Below are positions 49,301 through 61,300 of a DNA stretch of 64,000 nucleotides, one piece after another; position 1 is the stretch's first letter, and the number at the start of each line of letters is the position of its first letter. The translations under genes and the position numbers were made by a program. Origin of the DNA: Diadema antillarum (lineage: Eukaryota); NCBI RefSeq assembly GCF_040938485.1, contig NW_027271517.1, forward strand, positions 248,001 to 312,000, read 5' to 3'. The notes beneath the pieces were generated by a model. That model saw only the letters and a program-made list of their open reading frames with translations, did no database searches and was not told the DNA's origin.

Positions 49301-52300
49301 CCCTTCTCTCTCCGTCACTCTTTTGGGGGAAGTGCAGACTCATACATGACCTTAGCTGACCCCAGAGGTTGATGACAGACAGGTGCGCAGAGATCCGCTG
49401 GAGATTTTGGACATGTTCAAAATAAGAAAATCGGCTCCAGCATATCTTTGCGAATCCCTATGAATACTGTACAAATATTCATGCCATATATTCAGCGGGT
49501 CTAATTTTTCAAACATCAGGACTTCCTGACTTCAGGAGTGGTTAGATTCGCGATTGTGGAGTACAGGACTAAAGGGAGAATTTATGCGTGCACGTCACAT
49601 TCATGGCGGGATCAGATTTAACATTTTTACGTGTTTTTGAATTCGCAAATGGCACCCAACTCGCAAAATTCACAAAAATAGAAGTAAAAACCTCACAAAT
49701 TGTTCGGCATATACAGTAGCTAATGAATACAAATAACGTCAAGCGTTCAGTAAAGAACTAGAGTACCGTATTCTAGTATTAGCAGCGTATGTGAAATTAT
49801 TTTCAAATTTTAAGAATTTGTTGGGCATTCGTCGGGCATTCGTCGGGCATTAGCTATAGTATGACGGGATGTTTGGGTTCTACTCTGCATTCTTAGCTGT
49901 CTCTTCAGAGTAGCTTGCAGATTGTGTTTTACTTGCCCTATTCTGCCTCTTTTTTTTCTCTCTCTCTGCCATGTTTCTGGCTGCAACAACTCCATTTACT
50001 AATATCTCCAAGTATTATACAGCTTGAATTTATCAGAAACCTACTTGCTAAGAAAGGGTTAATTTGATATCAATACAATTCACTATATTTACTCCTCTTG
50101 CCAATTTCTCCACCGCATGGTGATAAGACTAAGCTTTCATGAGCGCGGCTAATCAAGGAGGGGGAACTGGTGAAGAAGTAATGAACAAGAAGGGATAGAA
50201 TTGTACTTTACCTGTATCCATAAAGTGATATCAGAAAGAGGAAAAAGAAGAATTGTTCTTCCTCTTCTGTGTTCTTGTTTGTTCTTGTTTTTATGAAGAA
50301 GCTGGGGTGGTATTCTGAAATCCTTCCTAGGAAGAAATTTCTTCCCAAGTCACCATTTTTTCGTAAGTGGTATTCTGAAAATCTTCCTAAGTTTCTTACT
50401 GTTTAAGTGTCTTCCTATAACTTTTTTCTTAAACTTAGGAAGATATGCAAATGAGGATGAGATATGCAAATTTCTGACTTAGGAAGAAGTTGGTATTCTA
50501 GAATGCACGTATGAAAGAATTTTGGGAAGATATTTAGGAAAGCCCCACCCCTGTCCTAAGTGCGTTGTTAAGATATAGGAAGCTGCAAAGCATCGTGATA
50601 GGAGCATGTCATTCACTGCGGGCACATGTACTTTGATGCGCGAAATGAGCGTGAGAAAGGGGACATGCCGCGCACACATGTATTTAATCCTACGTCATAA
50701 TAAATATGCAATTGTCATTGGTTGGTTCCTTATGATACGGCATTTCGTATTGGCTTAAGAAAAGATGTGGGCGGGGATAAGGATGGCCTAATGTGCACTA
50801 AAAAGTTCCAAGGAAGAAATTTCAGAATACCAATTCTGTCTTTTGTAGGCACTTCCTAAGTTTCTGACTTAGGAAGAAACTTAGGAAGATTTTCAGAATA
50901 CCACCCGTAGAGTTCATTTCTCAACTTGAGTGTAATGTTAGTTGTCAGGTTAGGGGGACAAAGCAAGTTGACCTTAATTTCACCCATGATTGAAACTCTC
51001 TTCATTCCGCAGGGCCATCCACCCTATGCTACTCCAATGGATGTAGTGACAGGGGATGATGACGACGATGACGACAAGATGAGCCTGTCATCATTAAGTA
51101 GCGGTGAGGACACCAAGATCGTAGTGAACGCACCCATCCCGGAGAAAAAGCCCACTGCACCCATGAACAATATGTCGTACCCCATGCACTCCGCGTCTTG
51201 GAACTCTACCATGAACCAGAGTAGCACCAGTGTGGTCAATGCGTGGGCAGCGCAGATGATGCCGCAGACATCCTCAGCGAGTACCTCTAGTGCCCACCTT
51301 CAGGAATCCCCCTCTCGGTTTGCCCCCAATGCTATGTTCCCTCCTGGATCGCCCTTCTCGCTACCCGGCATGCCCCCAATGGGATCGCCCATGCCTCCGG
51401 CCGCCATGGAGGCCTTCTTTGCCAGCATGCGGCCACCTTCCTCCACTGCCAACCAAAACGAGGCGATGCCCTCCATACCGCAAATGATGCACATGATGCT
51501 GAGTATGGGCATAACGCCGCCGTCCCCGCCCGAAGGCATGCCAGACTTCCTGGCCCGGGAGATGCCCAGCTTCCCACCGGAGTGGGGCAGCACCAACGCC
51601 CCCGCCATGTACCCAGGCACGCCTCCAGGTCTCCACAGCACGTCTGTGCCATCGTGGCCATCCATGCCGTACATCCCACCCTTCCAGGAGTCTCTTTACC
51701 CCGTCCAGGAGAGACCCAAGCGTGACCCAGAGAAGGAGCTGGTCAATGAGGTGCTAAAGACCGTCATCCAAGAGCTGAAGCAGATCATGAAGAAAGACCT
51801 GAACAGGAAGATGGTGGAGTCATCGGCCTTCAAATCCCTGGAAAACTGGTGGGACACCTGCCAACTCAAGGCCAAAGCAAAGGTCAGCATTAAAAATAGA
51901 TTAGAATGGCTAAGCCAAGCCAAATTATTATGATGTGTATCAAATTCTTTAGTTCCATACCCTTAAAGAGGCTGTAATAATTTTGCTTGTGTTTCACTAT
52001 CATCTGGAGTAAGTGACAGTGAAAGAAACTGCCAACAAATGAATTGCTCAGTTTATTTATTATTTTTCTTAATCAACCCCAGGAATTACATTAAATAGAA
52101 TAACGTGACATAATTATGCTATTGTATGTAAGAGGTAAATTGCTGTCCCTCCGCTTGTTACAGCTTTGAGCTGTCATTGAGTCAGACAGGGCACTTGTTT
52201 AGGAAAGTCCTGAACTGGGAGCAGAGGTTCTTTTTGTAAATGACAAATGAAAATTGGTTACCCTTATGTTGTTGGTAAGTTGGTAATGTGGCTCTTTGAA

Positions 52301-55300
52301 AAGAATGATGGGCCCTGAGAATGGTAGAAAACCCTTTTCCCCATCCCCCACCCCCTATTTTCCCCACACATGAACCTTTGTTGTTGTCAAGATTTGGCTG
52401 TCAGCATGGATTTGCCATTAAAGAACATGAAACGGTACACTCGCCGATTGACATTTTGTGTGACAAATTTTTCCAACACCTGTAGGAGATGATGCAGCCT
52501 AAGGAGGAGGAGAAGGTGCACAAGAAGCCTCCTCCGGCCATCCCGAGCCTGCTTGATACGTCTTGGTCCAAGGACTTCGGAATGGAGGGCCTGGGACTCA
52601 GGGCCAACATGCCTCGCATGCCTTCCTTCAAGGTACAGTGTACGCTGTCTTGGGGGCGGGGGATTGAAGCTAGGACGTATTCTGATGCAACTGAGAGGTT
52701 GCAGCTTGTTACCTTCTCAATTTCTCTATCTCGGGTGTTTAAGTATTGTTATTGTCTCTGCAGATGTTCATATTTATGTTAGTATACTGTGCAAAAGACA
52801 AAAAGGTTTGATCAGAACTCTGTTACTGTCAGTGAATGTTCATTTGTAGTAACACTTTTACTCATGAGCGGATAAATTGGACTGAGAGCATGTGCACAAT
52901 GCCATTTCTTAGATATGCTACAATAGTCTGATTAAGAGTTTGCAATTACATTGTTAATGTGTGTGGTAGGGTTGATAAAAATATTGCGTTCGAAAGTGAG
53001 CATCCAAATTGTGTTCTTTATTGGATCTTCAGAGCCTTTAGAACAAATGAGAATCCTGATGACAACAAATCATCCATACTTTTAGACTGTCAGGTCTGTT
53101 ATGTCAATTTAGGTATGCACTCACTCTAAGCTTGAGTGTTGTCAGTTTTGCAGCCTAAGTTAAGTTCTGTCTATATCATGATGGGCTATTCAATAGATCT
53201 ATGTCTCACTGAGGCCAAAGAGTACCACTGAAAATTGCAGAGTTGGGGCAAGCAGTTCGTTCCTCCAGTCACTCCACTCATCAAGTGCTGTTTGTTTGGG
53301 GAATATAGGTGAAAAGGAAACCTCCGTCCCCGCCTCCAGAAGACGAGATAGAAGACGAAGATGATGATGTTGAGACGGAAGATGGCAAGCCATCGAGGAA
53401 GAGACCGGTCACTCCACCACTGATCGATGATGATGAGGAGGATGATGAAGACGAAGTCATGTCGGGTAAGATAGGCTTTGCTTTAGACAGTCCGCTGAAA
53501 AAAATTAGAGAGAATAGGAAAGGCAATTAGTGAAAATAATCTGAATTCAGTAAATATGTTGAGGGACTGTTGTAATTGGGAGCCACTGTATTATAATCAC
53601 ATGGCTTGCAGAATACACCATGAAAGATAGCTTCACATGTTCAGGTTTACACCGATGTAAAAATTCACAAGATTGCTACAGAGACACCATGAGAATTAGG
53701 ATTTGCTTTTGCCATCATATGAAAGTAAATGGCACCTGTCTGAAAGGTCCTGTTGGGGTTTGATGTCAAAAGGTTTTGCATAAACAAAAGGTACTGTTTC
53801 TCGTGTATGCGCAACATCTCTGTACCCAATTTTCTTTGAGGTTTGTTATATCCACCTTGATTTCAAACCAAGCAGACACGGAGAGAGATGAGACGACAAG
53901 CCACACCTCAGAGATTGTGATCGACCGGGCGGAGCAGGCGAGGAGAGCAAGAGACCTCATCNNNNNNNNNNNNNNNNNNNNNNNNNNNNNNNNNNNNNNN
54001 NNNNNNNNNNNNNNNNNNNNNNNNNNNNNNNNNNNNNNNNNNNNNNNNNNNNNNNNNNNNNNNNNNNNNNNNNNNNNNNNNNNNNNNNNNNNNNNNNNNN
54101 NNNNNNNNNNNNNNNNNNNNNNNNNNNNNGATGTTGATGAGGACACGGCGGAAGATCTGGAGAAGGAAGTGGTGGAGGCTGAGCCTCTCACGAAAGAAGA
54201 GCTGGCAGTTGAAACCAAAGACGAGAAAGAAGGACTAGAGCCTAGCGTTTCCAAGGCACCCAGCAAACCAGAGGAAGAAGGTAATTTTTTGGGATGACAT
54301 CTAACATAATCATGCCATTATGAAACATGGAATAGTTTTTATTAAAATGCATATGTCATTCTTAATATATCGCAGCATGATATCCAATTACTTGTGAAGA
54401 GTGATGAAGAGTGATCTGGCTGGTGAATAATAATTGTAAGAACGTGATGATTGCTTGAGAGCAAAACATATTGATTTTAATACTGACCTAAAGACAAAGA
54501 TAACAGTACAACATAAAAACCATGCAGATTAGTACAAACTAATTTACGATACGAATACTTCAGATTCACAACACAGTGACATAAATATGTGCTGTTACAA
54601 GTGTAAAATGCATGGAATAATATTTGACATAGCTTTGATAAGCAGGTATATAATGGCAAGATTGAGTTATCAAAGGTTACGGTAAAGAAAGAAGACATAT
54701 AATGATTCATGCCGTGATTTCTCTCCCCACCTGCCTGGCTGCCTGGCTGGCTGCAGACAAGAAGAGTGGGTCGGAGAGCTCCGAGGAGGAATCGGACGAT
54801 GACTGGAGCAGCTCATCCAGCTCCGAGACGGAGTCCTCCAGCTCGGACTCGGAAACGGAGGAGTCAGACGAAGAAACGGAGGACACCGAAGGGTGAGGGC
54901 AAATAGTGTGGTAGACTCTCTCTGTCTACCCCTAGCGGGGCATTATATCTTTAGCTTTTTCTTGATGAAAACACCATGACAGATTTCCTCCAAACTTGGC
55001 AGGTAGCATCTCTTGGTGGACAGGACCTCAATTTGCTAACCATTTGAACAAATGGACCCGAGGCCCCATGGTGATTAGCCCTGGATCTATCATGTACAAA
55101 CTTGAAAGTACATTTACTCGTGTATGTACTCAGAGCATTTCTTGCATGCAGGGGTGGGGTGGGGGTGTACAAAGAGACCCCATGCCCCCCGAGTTTGCTA
55201 TGCTCTTCTGCAAGAATGCATGGAAAGAAGCGCTGGATCCACTTGATATCTTGTTCTGTTATGGATTTTTTGACGGCATGAAATGAGTGTAGAGAAACAG

Positions 55301-58300
55301 ATATTGAAGAGAGAAAATATTTCTCATGGGTCTTCAGAATGTTCAACAAATAAAGTTGTCAATAAGGTTTATACATAGTCTTCCTGTAGTGGAAATTCCA
55401 AATTGAATTGATAACTAAATTGCCATGTATGAATTATGTGCCAAGCACATCATAAGGTAAGCAAAAGCTTAATGAAATTGTATCTCCCTGGGAACAATAC
55501 ATGCAAGTAAAAACAAATCACATTCTCTGTGAAGTAGAGTACTGCCTGATTCATTTTCTGCATCTCTTTATTTTATGACAACAGATTTGAATTTTTTAAA
55601 TGACAGACTGGTTTGATGAAAAGGTATGTAATTCTGTGTTTTGTTTTGCTTTTTTTCGGTGTCTGCTCAGGAAATCTGCACCAGCTGTTTTACCAGAGTC
55701 AAAGAAGCCAGAGGAAAAAACTGCTGCAGAAGCAAAGGGGAGGACGGACTTCAGGGACACCAATGGTGACCGCCTGGGAGCCTTCGAGATCCTGGTGGAG
55801 ATGGCCACGAAGGAGAAGAACAAGATGGAGGAATCTTCGGATGCTGACCGGTCGCTGGACGACCTGGAGATGACGGACATCCAGGCTGCCCAGTCGCTGA
55901 CCGCCCTGCGCCAGCTCAGCAGCGATGCGGCCGAGGTGGGCGAGATGACGGCCTTCAAGGGCGACGTCCGCGAGGACACGTCGGAGAAGACGCTGTCGGG
56001 GTCGGAGGGTGAGGCGGACATCGTCGACGTGGGAGACTACAAGAATATGCAGGTGAGCTCACAGATTTGAGTAAAAGGCAATCAAAGTGAATTTCTTGGT
56101 GTGGACTTGTGATACTAGGGAGTGGAAGTTGAAATGCTATCAATTCATGTGCCAATTTTCAGTAGAATCTTTTAACCATATGAATGAATATTTCTCAATA
56201 ATGTATTGTGGCAATGTGCAACTACTGCTAGCACAGGGACTATTTGCACAGGGACTTTTTGTTAAGTAGGACACATGTAATTACCTCAAAGAGATTTGCA
56301 ATTAAAGATAAGTAATTTGATTCAGGTTTAGCCTGGTGTGTGTCAATGGTCATGTCAAAAGTTATGTCATATGAACCATTTTTTGATTGGAATATTACCC
56401 TAGACTTTTACAGGGTGTGGTTTCTGGTCTTAAAACACGGTCATTTATTCATGTTTGTCAGAAAGTGAGCTTGATGCAAATTTTTCAAGAAAGTAGCTCT
56501 GATTACAGTATTTATATGATATTTGAGTCTGGCTTTTCAAAGCTGCAATTATCATTGCTTCCTGACTGTTTCATCTTTAAAAACAGAGGGCAGTTGTAGT
56601 CCTGGAGCCACTGGCCATTCTAGACCACACCTACTGCCAGAAGGTGGCAAAGACTCCCCTCGTTCCAGACACCCCGGAGGCTTCTAGTGAACTCAGGCAG
56701 GAGGTCGCCAACGCTAGCGTCCTGTCGGAGAAGACGACCAACATCATCGCCTCGGACATCGCCAAGGCAAAGGAGAAGGAGAAGGAGAAAGAACGAGTCA
56801 AGGAGGAGAAGCAGCGGCAGAAGGAGGAGAAGAAGAAGAAGGCCCGGAAGCGGAAGAACGAGTTGGCTCAGATCCTGGAGGAGAAGGTGGCGGTGCCGGA
56901 GCCCAAGGCCCCCGAGTTCATAGCCCGCAACTACTACGAGGAGTGGAAGCTTCTCTACGAGTTCCTGCGGACGGGAATCGACCACGAGGATGCCTTCCTC
57001 ATCAGGAAGAGTTACGAGGCCCTCCTCGAGGCGGGCAAGATCCACTGGCTGAGCTACACCCACTGGGTGCCCCATGGACATATCCTTTTCAAAGCACAGA
57101 TTTTACATCACGAGAGCATAAAACTATATTTCTGTAAATGCCATTTTGTTCATTTCCTTTCACTGTTATCCTAGTAAGGCATTTTCTCCATGTTTCCACT
57201 CTCCAGCTGGGATGATAAATTGGTACCTGATAGGAATTGAATTTCTGCCACCCCCCTCCCCCTTCCACTGACTATTGAAGGCTAATCTGTTCCCAGAAAT
57301 GCAACATTTTCAGCTAAAATGCATACGAGTGAAATGTATCCATAGGCTTACAAATATATATACACAAGGAAATGCAAATCCCACAAAATGTGCAAAAATT
57401 TGCACACCTCAAAAGTTTCCACTTTTTCAATATTTGTTTGTGTGAGTGTGTTTAATGTGTATATGAGTGTGAGTGCATGTTGCTTTTTAGGGGATTCCTC
57501 TTTGTGGTTGTGCATCAGGAGACTTTCTGTATGTGTGTGTGTTGACGTAACTATGTATGAGTGTGTGTGGGATTTTGACTGTGGGTACGTTGCTGTGTAC
57601 ATCACGTCCCATCTTCCTTGACTCACTTTCCCCTCACTGACGGCCCACGCCGACCCGCCGCAGCCCAAGAGGCGGAAGACCGACGAGGAGACGAGGGTTC
57701 ACGTGACGGGCACAGCGAGGACGGAGGGCTACTACAAGATCTCAAGTAAGGAGAAGGTCAAGTATCTGACCAAGGCTCGGACCTACGTCCAGGAGAGCGT
57801 GACGGACAGCAGCGCCCTTGATGTAAGTCACTGAACGTTAGAGATTGCCACTCCGAGATGATTTCATATTTTCCATGCGAGATTATGGAGATCAAGTATA
57901 GCTGATGATTGAAAAAGATTTTATTGCTGCATGAATGTTTATGAAAATGTTTCAAAAGGCCAGTGTACTAGTGTATTCAAATATCGTTGGTTGAGAATGA
58001 TAAGGGTGTTACGTTGCCACTAAAGCCATAATGCTCGAGGCACCTTAACGCCCTTCTCATTCTCACCTGTTGATATATGGATGTTTTTTGTGCAAACGCC
58101 CAGTAGCAAGCTATTCCATGCAACCGTGCATACTCGATGCATTTCAATGCTTGTGATAGACTTTGTATGTGTTAGTTGTTGCTAGGTAGGGCAAACTTTC
58201 TGGTTGCTAAGGAACATCCCTCACAGGTTATGTGTAGAATCTGAATACATTTACAAACCTTTGTTCCATGGAAACTGAAGAAGAAAGTCTTTGTGAAAGT

Positions 58301-61300
58301 TTTGTGTTTGTTTGTTTGGTAGTGTGTGTGTTAATGCTGTATTTTGTGTTAACGAGTGGTAGTTTCCAGACAAATTGTAAAGTAAATCTGTCGCCTCCTT
58401 TGACTCCCCAGGAATCTGTCTCCAAGAAGCGGCTGGATACGTCCAGGGACGTGCGTTCCGACCAGCGCCGATTCATCGCGGCCCTCCAGCAGCAAGAGGG
58501 ACCAGTCTCGGACCTCCTCAAATTTAATCAACTGAAAGTGAGTCTCTCACCAATACCCTGACCAGTGCTGATCCAAGTGGGGGCACAAGAGACATGCGCC
58601 CCCTCTATTTTTTGAGAATCACACATTGAACATACATGTCAATATAGCTAAATCTAAAATAATTGTTATCTGCTTCCCCTCTGTTTTGAAATTTGCTCAT
58701 TAAGCCTCCTCTATTATCAAATCCTTGATCGATCTGCCTCTGCTGACATTTTTTTTTTTGCACACCAAGCTTGATTATACCCCCGCCAAACGAAGTTTGA
58801 AGGGGGTATATAGGAATCAGCGGACGGTCGGGCGGTCGGGCGGTCGGGCGGGCGGTCGGGCGGTCGGTCGGGCGGTCGGTCCGTTGCAAATCTTGCGTCG
58901 CGAACTACTTCCTCAGTTTTCAACCGATTCCCATAAAACTTGGCACAGATGTGTGCCTTGGGTTGTAGATGTGCAAGACATATTTTTTGACAGTACCCAA
59001 AAGTACGTTGCCATGGTAACGGCATATTATGGGCAAAAATGGGTACAAATCTTGCGTCGGGAACTCCTCCCACAGTTTTTGATCAATTTTTATGAAATTA
59101 GGTACAGATGTTCATCTGAATATGTTAATGTGCAAGACACATATTTCCACAGTGGCAAAAAGTGCGTTGCCATGGTAACGGCATGTTATTGGTAAAATAT
59201 AGGGCAAAATGCTTCATGGCAAAACTGCTTCATCAGTGTTCTTCCAATTCTCATGGAATTCATATTGAATGTTTGTCTTAGGATATAGGTCAGCATGACA
59301 CATTTCTTGACAGTGACAAAAAGTATGTTGCCATGGTAACAGCTCACATACTATGAGCCAAAATGATGGAAAATTTTGTGTTGCAAACTACTTCCTCAGT
59401 TTTTGCCCAATTTCCATGAAACTTGGTACAGATGTGTGCCTTTGGTTGTAGATGTGCAAGACGCATTTTTTGACAGTACCCGAAAGTACGTTGCCATGGT
59501 AACGGCATATTAATGGCAGAAGATCAAGGAAAGATCTTGCGGATTTAACTACTTCCTCAGTTTTTTGACCAAAGCTTATGAAATGTGGCACACACCGTCC
59601 TTGATCTTGGTGGGAAGATGTGGAAGACATATTTTTCGGACGTGTTGGAAGCTGCGTTGCCATGGTAACGGCATATAAATGGCAGAAGATCAAGGAAAGA
59701 TCTTGCGGATTGAACTACTTCCTCTGTATTCGACTGAAGCTCATGAAATGTGGCACACACATTGGTCTTGGTGGGAAGATGTGCAAGACATATTTTTTGG
59801 ACGTGTCGGAAGCTGCGTTGCCATGGTAACGGCATATTAATGGCGGAAGATCAAGGAAAGATCTTGTGGATTGAACTACTTCCTCAGTTGTTGACAAAAG
59901 CTTATGAAATGTGGCACACACAATAGTCTTGGTGGGAAGATGTGCAAGACATATTTTTCGGACGTGTCGGAAGCTGCGTTGCCATGGTAACGGCATTTAA
60001 ATGGCAGAAGATCAAGGAAAGATCATTCCTTGGGTAAGACTGTCGTCACGGGGCGGGGGTATTAATCACCTTCAGTGATATTTCTAGTTTTTGTTTGGAG
60101 GTTGATGTTGTTTTTCACACATCCCCCCCCCCCCCCCCATAGAACGGTTTAGATTATGGCAGTAATATTAAATACAACACATACAATCTTTTTTTTTTAT
60201 TGCATGGATAAACACGATATTGTGCTTGGTTTCAGCCCAGAATTTCCAGTCAAACACTAATTGTGAATTAGAAGAATATACAAAGTGGGTTGATCCAGGT
60301 AAGGCTGTCATGCTTCGTCAAATTATGATACGTATCTCATTTGCACTGATACTATCATTGTAATTCACGTGCAGGGTATGTCTAAAGATTATCACCTAGA
60401 ATAGTGTTGTCTCATGTGATACTTCTAGTTTGTGTTCAACAAACTGAAATTTGACTATAAGTTGAAAAAACAAAAGGAGACAAATTGAAAAATTTAGCAT
60501 GAACAAATGTCTATGAAATATATGTGCAAAGCATACATCAAGTGCAACAACTTTCTACAGAACCTCTCAGCACAGAAGCAAAGACATAAACTGTTACAGC
60601 CATTGCAAACTGATGTATGCAATTAATCCTTCAAACAAACAAAATACGAAGATCATGCCCGTTCATCTCCTAATGCCTGAATGTTTCCCTCCTCTGCAGT
60701 TCCGCAAGAAAGATCTGAAATTCTGCAAGAGTTCCATCCACGGCTGGGGCCTGTACGCCATGGAGCCGATCGCCGCCGACGAGATGGTCATCGAGTATGT
60801 GGGCGAGTCCATTCGACAGAGCATCGCCGACCTGCGCGAGAAGAACTACGAGCGCATGGGGATCGGCAGCAGCTATCTGTTCCGAATCGACGCGGAGGCT
60901 ATCATCGATGCAACCAAGTCAGGGAACCTGGCCAGATTTATCAACCACAGCTGCAATGTGAGTGCTTGGGATTTTCAGTTTCAGTTTGTCTTATTTCTCC
61001 ACTAGTACAAATGAGATCATTATGACAACTTCAGCAATTTTCATGTCAAAATATTGTCGGGTGAGAATGAGAAGGGTGTTAAGTTGCCACTAAACCCGTA
61101 GTGTTCAAGACAACTTAACGCTCTTCTCATTCTCACAACCGACGATATAAACAGGAGTACTCAAAAGAAATAGATACGCATATAATATGCGTTTATATAT
61201 TTCTTCATATCTTAACTCATTTTGTGCCATGGTGGAAACCCCCTGTGTGCCACGTTATTCTGAGACAGGAAGGTAGTCATGCTTTGAGAAAGAATTCTGT

